From Flaccisagitta enflata (Eukaryota), in the NCBI GenBank assembly GCA_965153355.1, contig OZ231126.1, forward strand, positions 30,752,001 through 30,816,000: DNA of 64,000 nucleotides. The letters run 5' to 3'. The translations under genes and the position numbers were made by a program. The notes under the pieces were generated by a model. It was not told the DNA's origin. It saw nothing but the letters and a program-made list of their open reading frames with translations, and did not search any database. Of this stretch, positions 43,673 through 57,472 are shown piece after piece (position 1 is the first letter of the stretch; the number at the start of each line of letters is the position of its first letter).

Positions 43673-43769
43673 CTTGAAGCACACACACACACAGCTGGAT
43701 TCTCGAAGAATCGATAACCGCATGGGTCGATCGACGTGCACAACGCGTTGCACTCTTTCCGACTCACCC

Positions 43770-43845
<76 letters not shown>

Positions 43846-43955
43846 TCCTGCTTTTCCTCACCCCTTTTATCTGCCCTGCTCTCTTTCTTTCCTCTGTTTG
43901 TTTCTTGCCTCTATTTTTTTCTTTCCTCTCTTTCTTTCTTTCCTCATTTTCTTTC

Positions 43956-44053
<98 letters not shown>

Positions 44054-44499
44054 TAATCGCCATCGCGCATTCTCTCACAGACTGTCAGACTCATCTACAC
44101 AATCAACGTTTTCTAGTCAGTTCAATGACAAACGTTGGTTTACATATATGCGAACTCATCGACACATTTACTCACCAGCTAATCGTTGCAATTTTGCAAA
44201 CGAGAATTGAATACATGACCAACAAGTGACGCGGGGTCACAATATCGTTGCGGACGGGTGGGCAGGGGCATCCAAATTTGGATGACGCGAAATCGTCTGA
44301 AATACTGATTTCTGAGCATTAGGACCCCTCCCCGGCCATATTACAGCCCCGACAATCTACTGATTGCCCCTGCCCACCCGCATTACTGCCCCTGCCCATC
44401 CGCCAGCGACTACTTATTGGCCGTGTATCCGGCCTTGTTGCTGTAGTAAAATATTTTGAAATAAACCAACAGTATGTCTTTCTCTTGCTTGCTTGATTC

Positions 44500-44602
<103 letters not shown>

Positions 44603-44717
44603 CACACACGTATAGTCACTGGTATTCAAGCTAAAGCTCTGCGTTTTAACCCAAGGTTACTTTTTCGTTACGAAAGTTTTTAGTCCCAGTTTTCAATCGA
44701 ATTTTTTTTTCAAAAAA

Positions 44718-44817
<100 letters not shown>

Positions 44818-44976
44818 CAATATATGTTTGTTGGTTTGTTTGTTTGTTTGTTTGTTTGTTTGTTTGTTTGTTTCTTGTCTTTCGATTTTTCAATGTTTCT
44901 GTCATTTCTTTTTCAGTCTGTCTCCGTCTGTTTGTATCTGCTTCTCTGTCTATCTCTTTCTCTCTTTTCTTTTCTG

Positions 44977-45068
<92 letters not shown>

Positions 45069-45579
45069 AACCCAAGAGCGCATTTCACTAAAATCCTTTA
45101 TCTCTCCCTGGCTTTCGCTTAACACATAACATCCACTCATTTTTCTTTTTTTTTTCTCTCAAAGCCAACTCCTATCTCCTTCTTCTCCCGATCATCAACA
45201 TCCTCCCTCTACTACCGCTTCGCCTCCTCCTCTTCCTCCTCCTCCTCATCTTCAATCTCATCCTCATCCTTCAACCAACTCTTCATCGTCAGCATCCCTT
45301 GGATAGCTGTCCGTCCACCCGCCCGCCGATCCCCCGATCCGGTCCGGTCGAAGCCCATGAGGCAAAACTTAATGACCGCAAAAAAAAAAAAAATATGAAG
45401 AATTAACTTGATTTGAAAAAAAAAATAAAGAATACGTGAAAATCGAATTTTGCCTGAGAAAATAAGAGAAAAGAAAATTCTTCATTCAATCTTTCATTAG
45501 AGGGCAAACTAGGCCTCTTGAAATAAGTCAAACTTCGAATTTTGGATTTTTTTGTTTCGTTTTTTCCTCGAATGCCTCA

Positions 45580-45705
45580 AGGACAATTGTAACAAGTATA
45601 AGGACAATTGCTACAAGTATAAGGACAATTGCTACAAGTATAAGGACAGTTGCAACAACTACAAGTATATATTTGCCACAAGGAGAAGGACAATTGCTAC
45701 AAGGA
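45580..45705. repeat. 21-bp tandem repeat just upstream of the SEC14L1-like ATG
   Basis: AGGACAATTGCTACAAGTATA x3-4. Confidence 0.85.
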
Positions 45706-45754
45706 GATAAACTTTCCATATTTTGCTCATCTTGAATGGACTAATGAGGTCAAA

Positions 45755-45792
45755 ATGGTGCAAACTTACCAAAGTCCTGTCAGAGTTTACAA
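45755..45792 (+). CDS. SEC14L1: SEC14-like protein 1 / retm-like, coding exon 1 of 6 (gene 45755-53329, 856 aa)
   Basis: MVQTYQSPVRVYK matches the conserved SEC14L1 N-terminus; donor AA|GTAAGT; upstream in-frame stop. Confidence 0.9.
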
Positions 45793-46328
45793 GTAAGTGA
45801 CAATTATCATTATCATCTTTATACCTCGCAGTGAAAGGTCGTTGGTCCCTCAATCCGTTCGTCAGTGAGTCACGACAGCCTCTTTCCAGCGTGAATGAGC
45901 TTTTTTGGCATTACTGGCCCTGCCCTAACAGTTGTACACCGTCAGTGGCCCTCTATTCACCCCATCATGACAATAGATGCGGATAGGGATTATCGGGTAT
46001 CATACAGATAAGTGCATACACATACATCGCTCATACACATCAAATAAGCCCAAACCCGTTTTACTTTACGAACAGACAGAAGGACGGACTGACGGACTGA
46101 CCGATCGATCGACTTGCCTTCTTGAAGATTCAGGAGGTTGTGCAGAAAAACAACGTGGGAGAAGAAGAATCCGAACGAAAAGTCGGCTGATCTTTTTTTC
46201 GAAGTAAATCTGAGACTCTAAAAATCATTCATTTAATGAACCGAGGAGGATTCAGTGAAAAGCCACAGCAAGTAGAAAACTACCGGCAAATTCAGATTGG
46301 GCACTGAGTAGAGATCATAATGCACATT

Positions 46329-46454
<126 letters not shown>

Positions 46455-46596
46455 TTCTTAACCGGGGAGCCTACCCGGGCTTGATGAGCATGACTCGGCA
46501 TCTGATTTTCAGAGAGGCCATGCGATCCACCACATTGGGCCATGTCACTGGATCCACATTGTCTAGTAGGCATTGACGGCAGCAGACACAATTGCC

Positions 46597-46869
46597 GGTA
46601 TTCTTCGAAGAACCTTCGACGTCTTTTGTTTTTAAGTCTTTATACGCGGTTTATTGATTTAGGGGTGGGGTTAGGATTAGGGATGGGGTGGGGATTAATA
46701 TTAGGGTTAGGGGTAGGGTTAGCGTAAGGGATAGGGTGGGTTAAGTTTTACAGTCCGAATGAGCTCGAATTAAAACTTCGCGCTGGCGGAGGATTCCGAA
46801 AAAGATAAAAAAAAAAAGACAAAAGATAAAAAAAAGACAAAAGACGTCAAATGTTTTGTGAAGATTTCC
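46597..46869. mobile_element. Merlin-like MITE with internal TTAGGG-like repeats (intronic)
   Basis: TIR GGTATTCTTCGAAGAACCTTCGACGTCTTTTGT vs rc GGAAATCTTCACAAAACATTTGACGTCTTTTGT; weak 8-bp TSD CAATTGCC/CTTCTGCC. Confidence 0.55.
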
Positions 46870-47449
46870 CTTCTGCCCTTCCCTTTGGATATGCCGATTG
46901 CCGAACTAGGACAAGCCCGTCTTGTAGCGATATTCGTTCAGTTGATACGGCTGTTTATGCTACATCCTAGAAAATAAATTATTACAGGATACAGGATACA
47001 AAATACAGGATACAGGATACAGGATAATCTTCTTTCTAGAAAACGTTTAATGAGGCCAAAAGATGTCCAATAGATATATAGATGCGTCCTCTTTGGGTAC
47101 GAGGTAATATAAGAGATCCCAGAAGTTAGGGAAAAACCTCAAAATCGCGTCTAAAGGACGCGCTTCCTTTAGACGAACCGACAGGCGGACACACCCTTTT
47201 ATAGAAATACGAGGACGCATCTTATAATGCATCGATCCTGTTTTTAGGTGCGGCAAAGCTCCTCTATAACTGGCTGTGTCTGTCGGTTGGTCGGTTGGTC
47301 GGGTAACGCGTTCGTTCAACGATCCACGCGTCGCACCTTTTTGGCCTACTTGACCTTGTTTTTCTTTTCTCTGTCTGTGTATCTATCTACTTTATCCTCT
47401 GTCTATCTGTCTATCTGTCTCTCTGTGTGTCTCTCTCTCCACTCCACAG

Positions 47450-47603
47450 AATCCCGTTCGAGTTGTTGATGAAGGCGTACGAGCGTCGATTCCCGACTTC
47501 GCCTTTGATTCCGATTTTCCTGGAATGTGACGTCACCAAAGAAAGCCAAACAGAAGATGGCGCTGTCCATATCGTAGAAAGAAAATGCAAATTAGCTATC
47601 GAT
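47450..47603 (+). CDS. SEC14L1: SEC14L1-like exon 2 (PRELI/MSF1 domain)
   Basis: CAG|A IPFELLMKAYERRFPT...ERKCKLAID|GTAAGC. Confidence 0.92.
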
Positions 47604-47820
47604 GTAAGCTTTTGATTGTTTAGTTTTTGTTGTTGTTGTTGCTGTTGTTGTTGTTGTTGTTGTTGTTGTTGCTGATGGTTGTTGTTAATGGATATTGTTT
47701 TTGTTGTTGTTGTTGACTTGTTGTTGTTTGTTGTTGTAGATGGTTGTTGTAGATGGTTGTTGTTATTGTTGATGGTTTTTGTTGATGTTGTTGATGTTGA
47801 TGTTTTTTGGTTGTTGTTGC

Positions 47821-47904
<84 letters not shown>

Positions 47905-47912
47905 GGTTGTGG

Positions 47913-47954
<42 letters not shown>

Positions 47955-48867
47955 TTGATGGTGGTGGTGGTGGTTATGGTGGTTATGGTGGTGGTGGTGG
48001 TTGTTGTTGTTGTTGTTGAGTTCTTGGTTGTTGTTGCTGCTGCATCTGCCAGTGCGAATACGACTAAGCCGTATGCATTCACTTATTCATATTGACCCAT
48101 TGACACAAACTCTGCATCTCTTTTCATTCCTTCAAGCTTTCTACATCGTGTTTCTACCTAAAGCGAAGAGCCTAAAAGTTTGTGTCAATGAGTCAATAAG
48201 AAAAAGTGAATCTGTACAAACGGCTTTGTCGTCATCATACTGGCAGGCAAAGGATTTTTTTTTTTTTGCTTTGTAACTCCATCTAATCTCCATCATAATC
48301 AAATTCGAATCAAAATTCTTATTGTATTTTGCTACGCTAACACCCCTATAGATGTGAGAGGCTCTTTACATTGGTGGTTGTCATCGGGGTTGTTTCCGGG
48401 GAGTGACCTGCTCCGGGAGATGAAATGGACGTGAGGAACACAAAAAAGTCGATAAGTTGTGAATTGGACAGCAGTTCAAGCGATTTTACCATCCATAACT
48501 TAATTTGCATAATGGAGATTTAAGGTTTCTGTTTTTTTCAAACTGACAAACATTTGAATTCCACTCAACTATAATAAAAGGGGGATATCAATAGTTTTTC
48601 AATACGCTACTTCAGCGAAGTTAGAGAAAATATCAACTGTTTCTATGTGCAAAAAATCATTCTAGTTCTATTTGTCATTATGTCCCAAAAAGAAGATGTT
48701 TATAACCTGTTTTATGAAAGCTGGAAAAAATCGCTCACACTGGACTAAATCATTTATTTTCACTCCACACTTGGGACTCGCGTCGGGGGACAGGACCGCG
48801 GGCCTGGGTGCCGAGAGCCTCAACCCACTAGTCAGTCGACCCACCAGTCGGTCCACTAGCTGACCAG

Positions 48868-49050
48868 CAACAAGGCCGGGTACACGGCCATCAGTCGAGG
48901 ACGGTGGGCAGGGACGGAAATGCAATTGTCCGCAACTAAAAATGTTCTAAAACACTCACTTCCTCACTTTTCGACTCGTGTCCACGGACCAACGGACCGA
49001 CCGACGGACAGACAAAGCCTCTTATAGAGTTGCGTATCCGCAACTAAAAA
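48868..49050 (-). mobile_element. intronic HINE-like element
   Basis: AACAAGGCCGGGTACACGGC ... AGAGTTGCGTATCCGCAACTAAAAA. Confidence 0.65.
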
Positions 49051-49230
49051 CCAAACCCATTGCTTGTTGGAAAATGTATCGGACACTTAGCGTGTGAAAT
49101 TTTTGCTCCCTGTAAGGTTTGAATAATCTGCACGTCTGCAATGCAGACTCTGCAATGTACCCTCTGTGATTGTTGATGTTGTCATTGTGCTTTTCGACAT
49201 GAATTTAGTTCCTTTTCCCCATCGACTCAG

Positions 49231-49422
49231 GTTCCCTGGATGTTGAAGAAGTTGGTCGGCATCGACTACGCGGTTTTCTTCCAAAAGAACGCTTTAGACC
49301 GCAAAAATCGTCGGCTTTTGATCGAAGCCAGAAATGAGTCTTTCATCTCGAGGGTCTCCATTTATGAAAGATGCGTTTACAGCGCTCATCCAGATAATCC
49401 AGACTGGACTTGTTTCGAGCAG
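49231..49422 (+). CDS. SEC14L1: SEC14L1-like exon 3 (PRELI/MSF1 domain)
   Basis: CAG|VPWMLKKLVGIDY...HPDNPDWTCFEQ|GTAAGA. Confidence 0.92.
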
Positions 49423-49689
49423 GTAAGAGTTTGCGATAAATGAATGAATGAATGAATGAATGAATGAATGAATGAATGAATGAATGAATGTATAAAGGAA
49501 AGAAGGAAGGAAGGAAGAGAGGAAGAAAGGAAGGAAGGAAGGAAGGAAGGAAGGAAGGAAGGAAGGAAGGAAGGAAGGAAGGAAGGAGGAAGGAAGAAAG
49601 GAAGGAAGGAAGGAAGCCGAAAGGAAGGAATCAATAAATGAACAGGAAGTGAAAAAGCCGTTGGCTGGATGAGTTGACGAATGACGAGC

Positions 49690-49756
<67 letters not shown>

Positions 49757-49784
49757 ATTTGTACATACACAACCCCAACCACAG

Positions 49785-50727
49785 GAAGCTTCCTTAGACG
49801 TGAAAAGCTTCTTCGGCTTCGAGTCCACCGTGGAGAAAATCGCCGTCAAGACATATTCCACGGAAATCGCGCGAGCCAAAGAAACTCTGATGATCTTCTT
49901 GAAGCAGTTAGAAGAAGAAGGCGTCAATCACGTGGAAAAATGGACGCCACCGGGCAAGAGAGAGCCCATGTGGGGCCCACCGGAAGCCGAAATAGCGCCA
50001 ACGGCGTGGGGAGATGAGGAGGGGGTTGAGAAGGGTGAAGGAGAGCAGGATGACGCGGACGAGGTGAAGTATAAGGATACAGGAGATGCAACAACGGTCG
50101 TAAAAGAAACCACCGAATCAGTACAGCAACAATCAGCCCCCAATAACAATAACAACATCAACGTCGCTACCAAAGAATCCTCATCGTCTAACAGCAATAA
50201 CAAAAGCAATAACAAAAACAATAACAACAACAGTAAAAAACTAGAAACGGACTACATCGAGCGTTGCCTCGGCTCGTTGAACGATTCTCAAGCGAGCGCT
50301 TTGGTGCAGTTAAAAGACCGATTGCAACGACGTCATCAGGGCAAAATGCCGAGTGACGCGCACGCGTTACGCTTCCTCCGCGCTCGGGAATTCAACGTCG
50401 ACAAAGCGGAAGACATGATCCTGAAGACGCTGTTGTGGCGCAAAGAATTCAGCGTCGACTCGTTGATTCACTCTTACGTGGCGCCGGAGTTGGTCGTCAA
50501 CCATTTGCCGGGCGTTTGGTTTCGCCACGACGTCGACGGAAGACCCGTGTATCACTTCCGGTTAGGCAGCGCCGATGTGAAAGGCGTCATGAAAGCGTCT
50601 GGAGGCGACGAGCCGTTGCTGCGTCATTTGGCGTGGTTGATCGAGGAAGGGATGAGGCGGTGTTTGGAGGCGACCGCAGAGCGAGGAGCGCCCGTGTCAA
50701 CGGTCACTTGCGTGCTAGATTTGGAAG
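49785..50727 (+). CDS. SEC14L1: SEC14L1-like exon 4 (end of PRELI, linker, CRAL-TRIO N-terminus and start of SEC14)
   Basis: EASLDVKSFFGFESTVEKIA...LRFLRAREFNVDKA...VLDLE G|GTAGGT. Confidence 0.92.
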
Positions 50728-50990
50728 GTAGGTTTTTTGTTTCAATATCTGTTGTTAGTGCACAAGTGGTTGTGTCTCTCGTGAAAAATTTCTGTTAGTC
50801 TTATATTCATGGATACTTCTGTTTTGTTTTGTTTTGCTCTGTTTTGTTTTGTTTTGTTTTGTTTTGTTTTGTTTTGTTTTGTTTTGTTTTGTTTTGTTTT
50901 GTTTTGTTTTGTTTTGTTTTGTTTTGTTCTGTTTTGTTTGTTTGTCGTTTTGTTGTTTTGTTTTGTTTTGTTTTGTTTTGTTTTGTTTTG

Positions 50991-51021
<31 letters not shown>

Positions 51022-51057
51022 CTTTGTTTTGTTTCTTTGGTTTTTTCTTTCTTATTC

Positions 51058-51136
<79 letters not shown>

Positions 51137-51180
51137 CTCTTTCTTTCTTTCTTTCTCTCTGTGCTTAATTTGTATGTTCT

Positions 51181-51378
51181 TCTTAGTTGCGGACACGCAA
51201 CTCTATACGAGGCTTTGTCCGTCCGTCGGTTGGTCCGTGGACATGGGTCGAAAAGTAAGGAAACGAGTGTTTTAGATGCTTTTTGTGCATGTGAGTTGGG
51301 GACTTAGGGTATGGATAGGGGTTGGATGCCCCTGCCCACCCATCCGCAACGATATTTTGACCCCGCGTCACTTGTTTG
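51181..51378 (+). mobile_element. intronic HINE-like element
   Basis: AGTTGCGGACACGCAACT ... GACCCCGCGTCACTTGTT. Confidence 0.7.
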
Positions 51379-51386
51379 TTTGATAG

Positions 51387-51962
<576 letters not shown>

Positions 51963-52148
51963 TGATGCGCAGATAGAGAGAGAAGTAGACGAATAGACGG
52001 ACAAATGGACAGACCGATAATTCTACGGACAAACAGAAAGATAGACAGCTGACGGGAGTCATAGGTTGACAGATTGCTAGATAGATACACAGATAGAAAC
52101 ATAGATTAACTCATTGATAGATAGGTACAGATGGATAGGTAGATAAGT

Positions 52149-52179
<31 letters not shown>

Positions 52180-52316
52180 CAGAGAGACAGAGACAGAGAG
52201 GGAGAGAGACAGAGACAGAGAGATACTCAGACCGACAGACACCGAGAAACAAACACTGACATCCCAGTATATATACTTCTGATTCTCCTCATTTATTTCC
52301 TCTTGCTTATCAACAG

Positions 52317-53329
52317 GCAAACATCTCGACGACGAAAGCTTCGTACCTGAATTTCTCGGCGGCACCGGCGTCGTCGACATCCCCGCCGGCGGCATCATCG
52401 CCAAGGAAGTCGTGCTGCAGATGCAGCAACAGCAGCAACAACAGCAGACTGACGGCGTTGAAGGCGGCGGCGGTGACGAGGAGAATCTGTTGTTTCCCGC
52501 GACCGGATTTTACTCAGTTTACGATCGAGTAACTTTAGTCAAAGGATTTCCTCACGAGGTCGCCCACGTCCTGATCGATGACGATGACGATAAAGACGAC
52601 GATAATGACGATGATGGCGATAACGATGGTGATAACAGCGGCGATGATGAAAAGAAAAAAGCCGCCCCAACTATGAAACGCGCCTCCGTTCTCACTTGGG
52701 ATTTCGACGTCATTAAAGGCGATGTCAGTTTCGTTGTTTATTTCGCGCCGAAACAAAACAATAAATTGGAAACAGGAAGAGCGAGAGGAAGTATTATTCC
52801 CGGTAGAGAGAATGCCAACGAGGATGACGAAGAGGATACAGCCGCGTTGGGATGCGGGTCGATTATCGGCAGTTACGGAGAGATGATGTTGGAGAATCGA
52901 AACGTGGGATCACCCGGAGAAGGATCCAAACAAATCATATCCAAATTAAGGCGCGGGAGCCTCGGTGGTGGTGGAGGCGGTGGTGGAGGCGGTGGTGGCG
53001 GCGATGATGTTAATGCGGGTAGTTGCGCCTGCGCTGTTCTCGCCGGTTACGTCGGCGTCGCCACCGAGTGGAGGCGTCTCGAAGAAACGGCGCGAATCTA
53101 CCGCGAGCGTGACAGTATTCAAGGAAGTTTGGAGGTCACCGAACCCGGATGTTACGTCCTCCAGTGGGAAAATTACGAAAAACAAAAGACGCCTTTGGGC
53201 CCTTTTGAATTCCCGGCGTTGGCCGCGGCTGCCAAAGCCAAAGTCATGACTTTCACGGAACTCATTCCAGCCTCGAAGGAAATCGAAGGATCCATTTCTA
53301 GTTTCTCGCTCACCAAACTCACGGTCTAG
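52317..53329 (+). CDS. SEC14L1: SEC14L1-like exon 6 (GOLD domain, stop)
   Basis: VPEFLGG...KGFPHEV...LTWDFDV...SIQGS...PGCYVLQW...TAG. Confidence 0.92.
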
Positions 53330-53629
53330 GGCTTAAGGGCTCTGGGGCTCTAGGGCTCTAGGGCTCAAGGGCTTTAGGACTCTAGGGCTCTAGGGCTCCA
53401 GGGCTCTATAGACTTTCTAGAGGAATTTCTAGGGATCATCAGGGATCATCTTGAGGATATATTACTCGGCAATGTATTATCGCTAACAAAAAACAAAGAC
53501 TACTAACCCTAAAACTGGGGCGAAGATGACCGGACTTCAATGAAAGCCAGAGTCGCAGTCAATTCATATCAACTGCGACTGGGTGCTTAGTGCTTCTGAT
53601 ATTAGATGCGGAAGCGGAAGCGGTAGAGG

Positions 53630-55687
53630 CTGAGGCGGATCAACAATGCGCGGGGCCCTAGGCTTGGCTAAGGCGCGGGGCCCCCCTTCCCCCTTATCAG
53701 CCTAAGGCAGACAGGTATTTCGTCATCGATCTTATTGCGTTTTTGTCCCAAATAGGGGAACGACGTCTCAAAACTTCTAGTATGCAACAGTTTCAGAACG
53801 ACCAAAAAACCAGTTATGCATACAACAATGTCCTTTAGTGGCAGTTATCTGGGGTTTCAAAACGCAGGCATACTTGCTGTTTTAAAACAGCTTTTTTTGG
53901 GTGTATCAAAACTGCATAAAAAGGGCTATTGAGAACATGTCTAAAATATCATTTTTTTCTCACCTCAAGCCAGCTAGTTTTTACTGTTTTGGAACTGGGA
54001 AAAAGTGGCAATGAAATTATGAAATATGAAATAGCCGTTTCTTAGCTTCAATTTCTTGCGGTTTCAGAACTTCAATTTTTGCAAAAAACTTCATTTTTTG
54101 CAGTTTCAAAACTTCATTTTTCAGTTTCAAAACTTCATTTTTGCAGTTTCAAAACTGTTTTGCAGTTTCAAAACTGTAAAAAGTAACCTTTTTGGCACAA
54201 ACACACAAAGAGATTATCACAACTGCAATTTCATTTAAGAATGTGCATTTTTGTACATTTAACTCAAGCATAATGGATGAACCGATGGAGGACAGACAGA
54301 CTAAGCCTCTTTCAGAGTTTTGAGGATGGGATCTGGGTCTCTTGGGTGGGATTGGGACCTCGAGGCTAAGATTTGGGCTTCAAGGCGGGGATCTGGGCCT
54401 CCAGGCAAGGATTTGGGCCTACAGGCTAAAATTTGGGCCTCAAGACTGTAATTTGAGGAGAAAACTCCCCATGTGTAAAAGCATAGGTCATCAACCCCTT
54501 TGGAGCTGCTGCCCAAAAGGATGTCTTTCAGTTTCAGTGTTATGGAAAACCAAGAGTGGCGTGTGTATAAGCCAGTCAGTTTGGGTAAAGTCAGCTAGCA
54601 TATAACCATATTTCAATTTTTAAACACACTTTTTCTTAGTTTCAATGCTTCAATTTTTTGCATTTTCAAAACGGTAACAAAGGTGATAAGATTACAAAGA
54701 TGAATAGATTTTTTCCCTTGCTGGCCGTTACTTTAGCGCTGTTTTCAAGCGTTTTGAAATGCAAAAATCTCATGGTTTTAGAACTTTAGAATTGCTAAGT
54801 TTTGATACGTCAACTATGCCTCAATATTCGTTTCAAAAGTTGCGCATACTTGTGGTTTTGAAACGACAATATAAGATTGTTTTGAAACTGCATAAGAACG
54901 CCCGTTTCAAAACGGCCTTTTCCAGCATTTTTGTGACAAAAATTCATAATTTTTGTCACAATAATCCATTTTTTTGTATTTTTGAAACGATGTTAGGCGG
55001 TTTAATACGCTATAGTAGAACGCCACAGAATATCTCAAGGCAGATCAATAAAGTGCAAGGCTTAAGGCTTGACTGAAAGGTGGACCTTCCATCTCTTTTT
55101 TAGATCCCCTTGCCGCTTATATATCATTTTCCTTTTTTTACAGTTAGATTTGTCATACATCATTCAATGTTTCTGTTTGTTGATTTGAAATATTTAAATA
55201 TTCTTTCACTGATTAATTATAAAGCATAAAACAAACTACAACATTTACTTTTAATTAAATTTATAAAGAATTTAAAAAAAGAAATTTTCTAGCTTTAAAA
55301 ATCTAAAAATTGTTTTCAAAGCTGATAATGCCATTTATGTTATTTTTTTCTTTAAAAAAAGTACAAGATATTTGTTAATGATCTTTTATAAGTTTCTATT
55401 TTGAATAATACCTTTGCAATTGTTTACCATCTCATGCAGATCACAATTCTTAATGATCTTTTTTTTGTTCTTTTACTCTTTTTTTCTTTTCATTTTTTTT
55501 TCTTCTACTCTTTTTTTTCTTCTTTTTCTTTCCTCTTTTCTTTAGTTACTCTCTTGTCTTTTTTTTTTGTTTTTTTTTTCTCTTTGTTTTCTTTTTTTTC
55601 ATTTTTTTTTTTGGCAGGCGCGGGGCCCCCCTGAGGCGCGGGGCCCTAGGCTTAAGCCTATTAAGCCTATTGGGTGATCCGCCTCAG
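53630..55687. mobile_element. hAT-type non-autonomous element
   Basis: TIR CTGAGGCGGATCA / TGATCCGCCTCAG; perfect 8-bp TSD GGTAGAGG; subterminal GCGCGGGGCCCC repeats. Confidence 0.85.
53712..55036. mobile_element. nested element with an 8-bp TSD (P- or hAT-like)
   Basis: TSD AAGGCAGA (53704-53711, 55037-55044); degenerate TIR CAGGTATTTCGT/GAGATATTCTGT; many GTTTCAAAAC motifs. Confidence 0.6.
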
Positions 55688-56568
55688 GGTAGAGGTGACA
55701 TGAAATTCCATCTCTTTTGCATCCTTGGATTACCCATGATGTCATATAGTGGTCTTATAAGCAGATTTCTTTCAATTGTGGGAGAAGCATTCGCATAGAT
55801 GTCGGGGTTTGTGTGCATCCACAGGCTGCTGTAGGTTTTTTTTTCTTCTCCTTCTTCTTCTTTGGTCTTTCATGCCCATCATGCAACTTCATGGAGATTT
55901 TATCACTGCCACTACCTCCTAACAGATTTTAACAAGGTCCACCGGCTCAACATTGTAAAATCACTATGTGCTGTAGAACCATGCACTTTATTATGCACTA
56001 ATTGTACTTAAGAACTAAAGACAGAATTTTTAGTTTGAAACATAAGTCGGTAGTCCATCAAATGGATGGCTTCATTGAATTTCATTTCTTCTTTTGTCTT
56101 TTTTTTGTTGATTGATGAAGATGTTTTCAAAGAAAGAAAACTACTGAAAATAGATGCCTCAGGTATACCCAAAAATACTTTTATAGTTTTTTATACAAAA
56201 CGCACAAAACTATTCATATTCGATTATTTTTTTGTAATTCTGCCCATCTTCTTGTCAATGCGTCATGTCGCAAGGGCTATGGTAGAAATTGAGTCGTACG
56301 GCTCATTGATGCTAGATCAAAGACAAACTTGCAGACCGACTGACTAACCTACGGACAGAAAGAATCTCTTTTCTAGTTATAGATGCAATCTAAGGCGTTG
56401 GTAATTGCAGTTGTTAATTACTTTTTCTGCAGCAACTAGTCTAATCAATTATCAATGCCCACTGTGATAAACTAATGTCTTCTAAAACATACTGAATCAA
56501 TTTTGCAATATTTCTTCATCATTTTGCAATTGTACAGTCATTATTTCTCAGACTCAAGGACATAAACT

Positions 56569-56611
56569 ATGGGCGATAGAAATCTTTTTGGTGTCTCTGT
56601 CAATGATGAAG
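56569..56611 (+). CDS. SMYD-family methyltransferase, probable coding exon 1
   Basis: ATG MGDRNLFGVSVNDE G|GTGAGT; the phase-1 donor fits the phase-1 acceptor at 57473; acceptor TTATTTCTCAG ends at 56551. Confidence 0.65.
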
Positions 56612-56676
56612 GTGAGTCTGATTTTTCTATCGTTGTAGAACAGATAGTATTGAAATTATCCTATTCTCTCTCTCGC

Positions 56677-56707
<31 letters not shown>

Positions 56708-56731
56708 TTCTCTTTCTCTTTCTCTTTCTCT

Positions 56732-56792
<61 letters not shown>

Positions 56793-57472
56793 CTCCAAAA
56801 AAAAAACGGAGGGAATCACTGCCAACTGTTACAATGGTTTACATACTCTATAGTCCCTTAGTCATGGTTTTAGTTTTTTTAGAATTACCAGGTTGTTACG
56901 TTATCTCCAGTTTTCCATTTCGGTCCGTTATTTTCTATGCTCGCCATACACCGCCATGCCTATCAAGTATAATTTCCGTTTATGCTCTTATCTATGCAGC
57001 CTCGTACTTACGGTTTACTACATTTATAAAACAATGTTTACTCTGTTCATTGTTATACAATTTTGAAAAAAATACAATATTACCCAAAAACTATCGGCTC
57101 AGAAACGATGACTAACTATGGCGTCAATTAAAGTGTGTCACAGGAAGAAGTTAGATATGGAATAAAAAGAAAAAAATAGTTTGAATTCCTTCATTTTTGA
57201 TAAAGTTAACTCCACTATTCAACTTCAAATTTGTTTGAGTCGTATCGCAGTTTGCTTATCAATCATGCTTCATCGTACATCTTCTTATCATTGTCGATCG
57301 CATTTTGATGCCATGGTTAAAAAAAGATAGAGAAATTTCGATGTCTATCATTCGCATTCTCGTTATTTGTTTATTGACAAGAATCTTCATGTCTGCCTGT
57401 CTGTCTGTTTCTCCTTCTCCTATTCTCCGCCTCATACACACACAAACACACACATTTTTTACTCTCCAACAG

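Noticed and set aside
46660-46745. TTAGGG-like interstitial telomere
   Set aside because: Few degenerate units, enclosed by MITE TIRs
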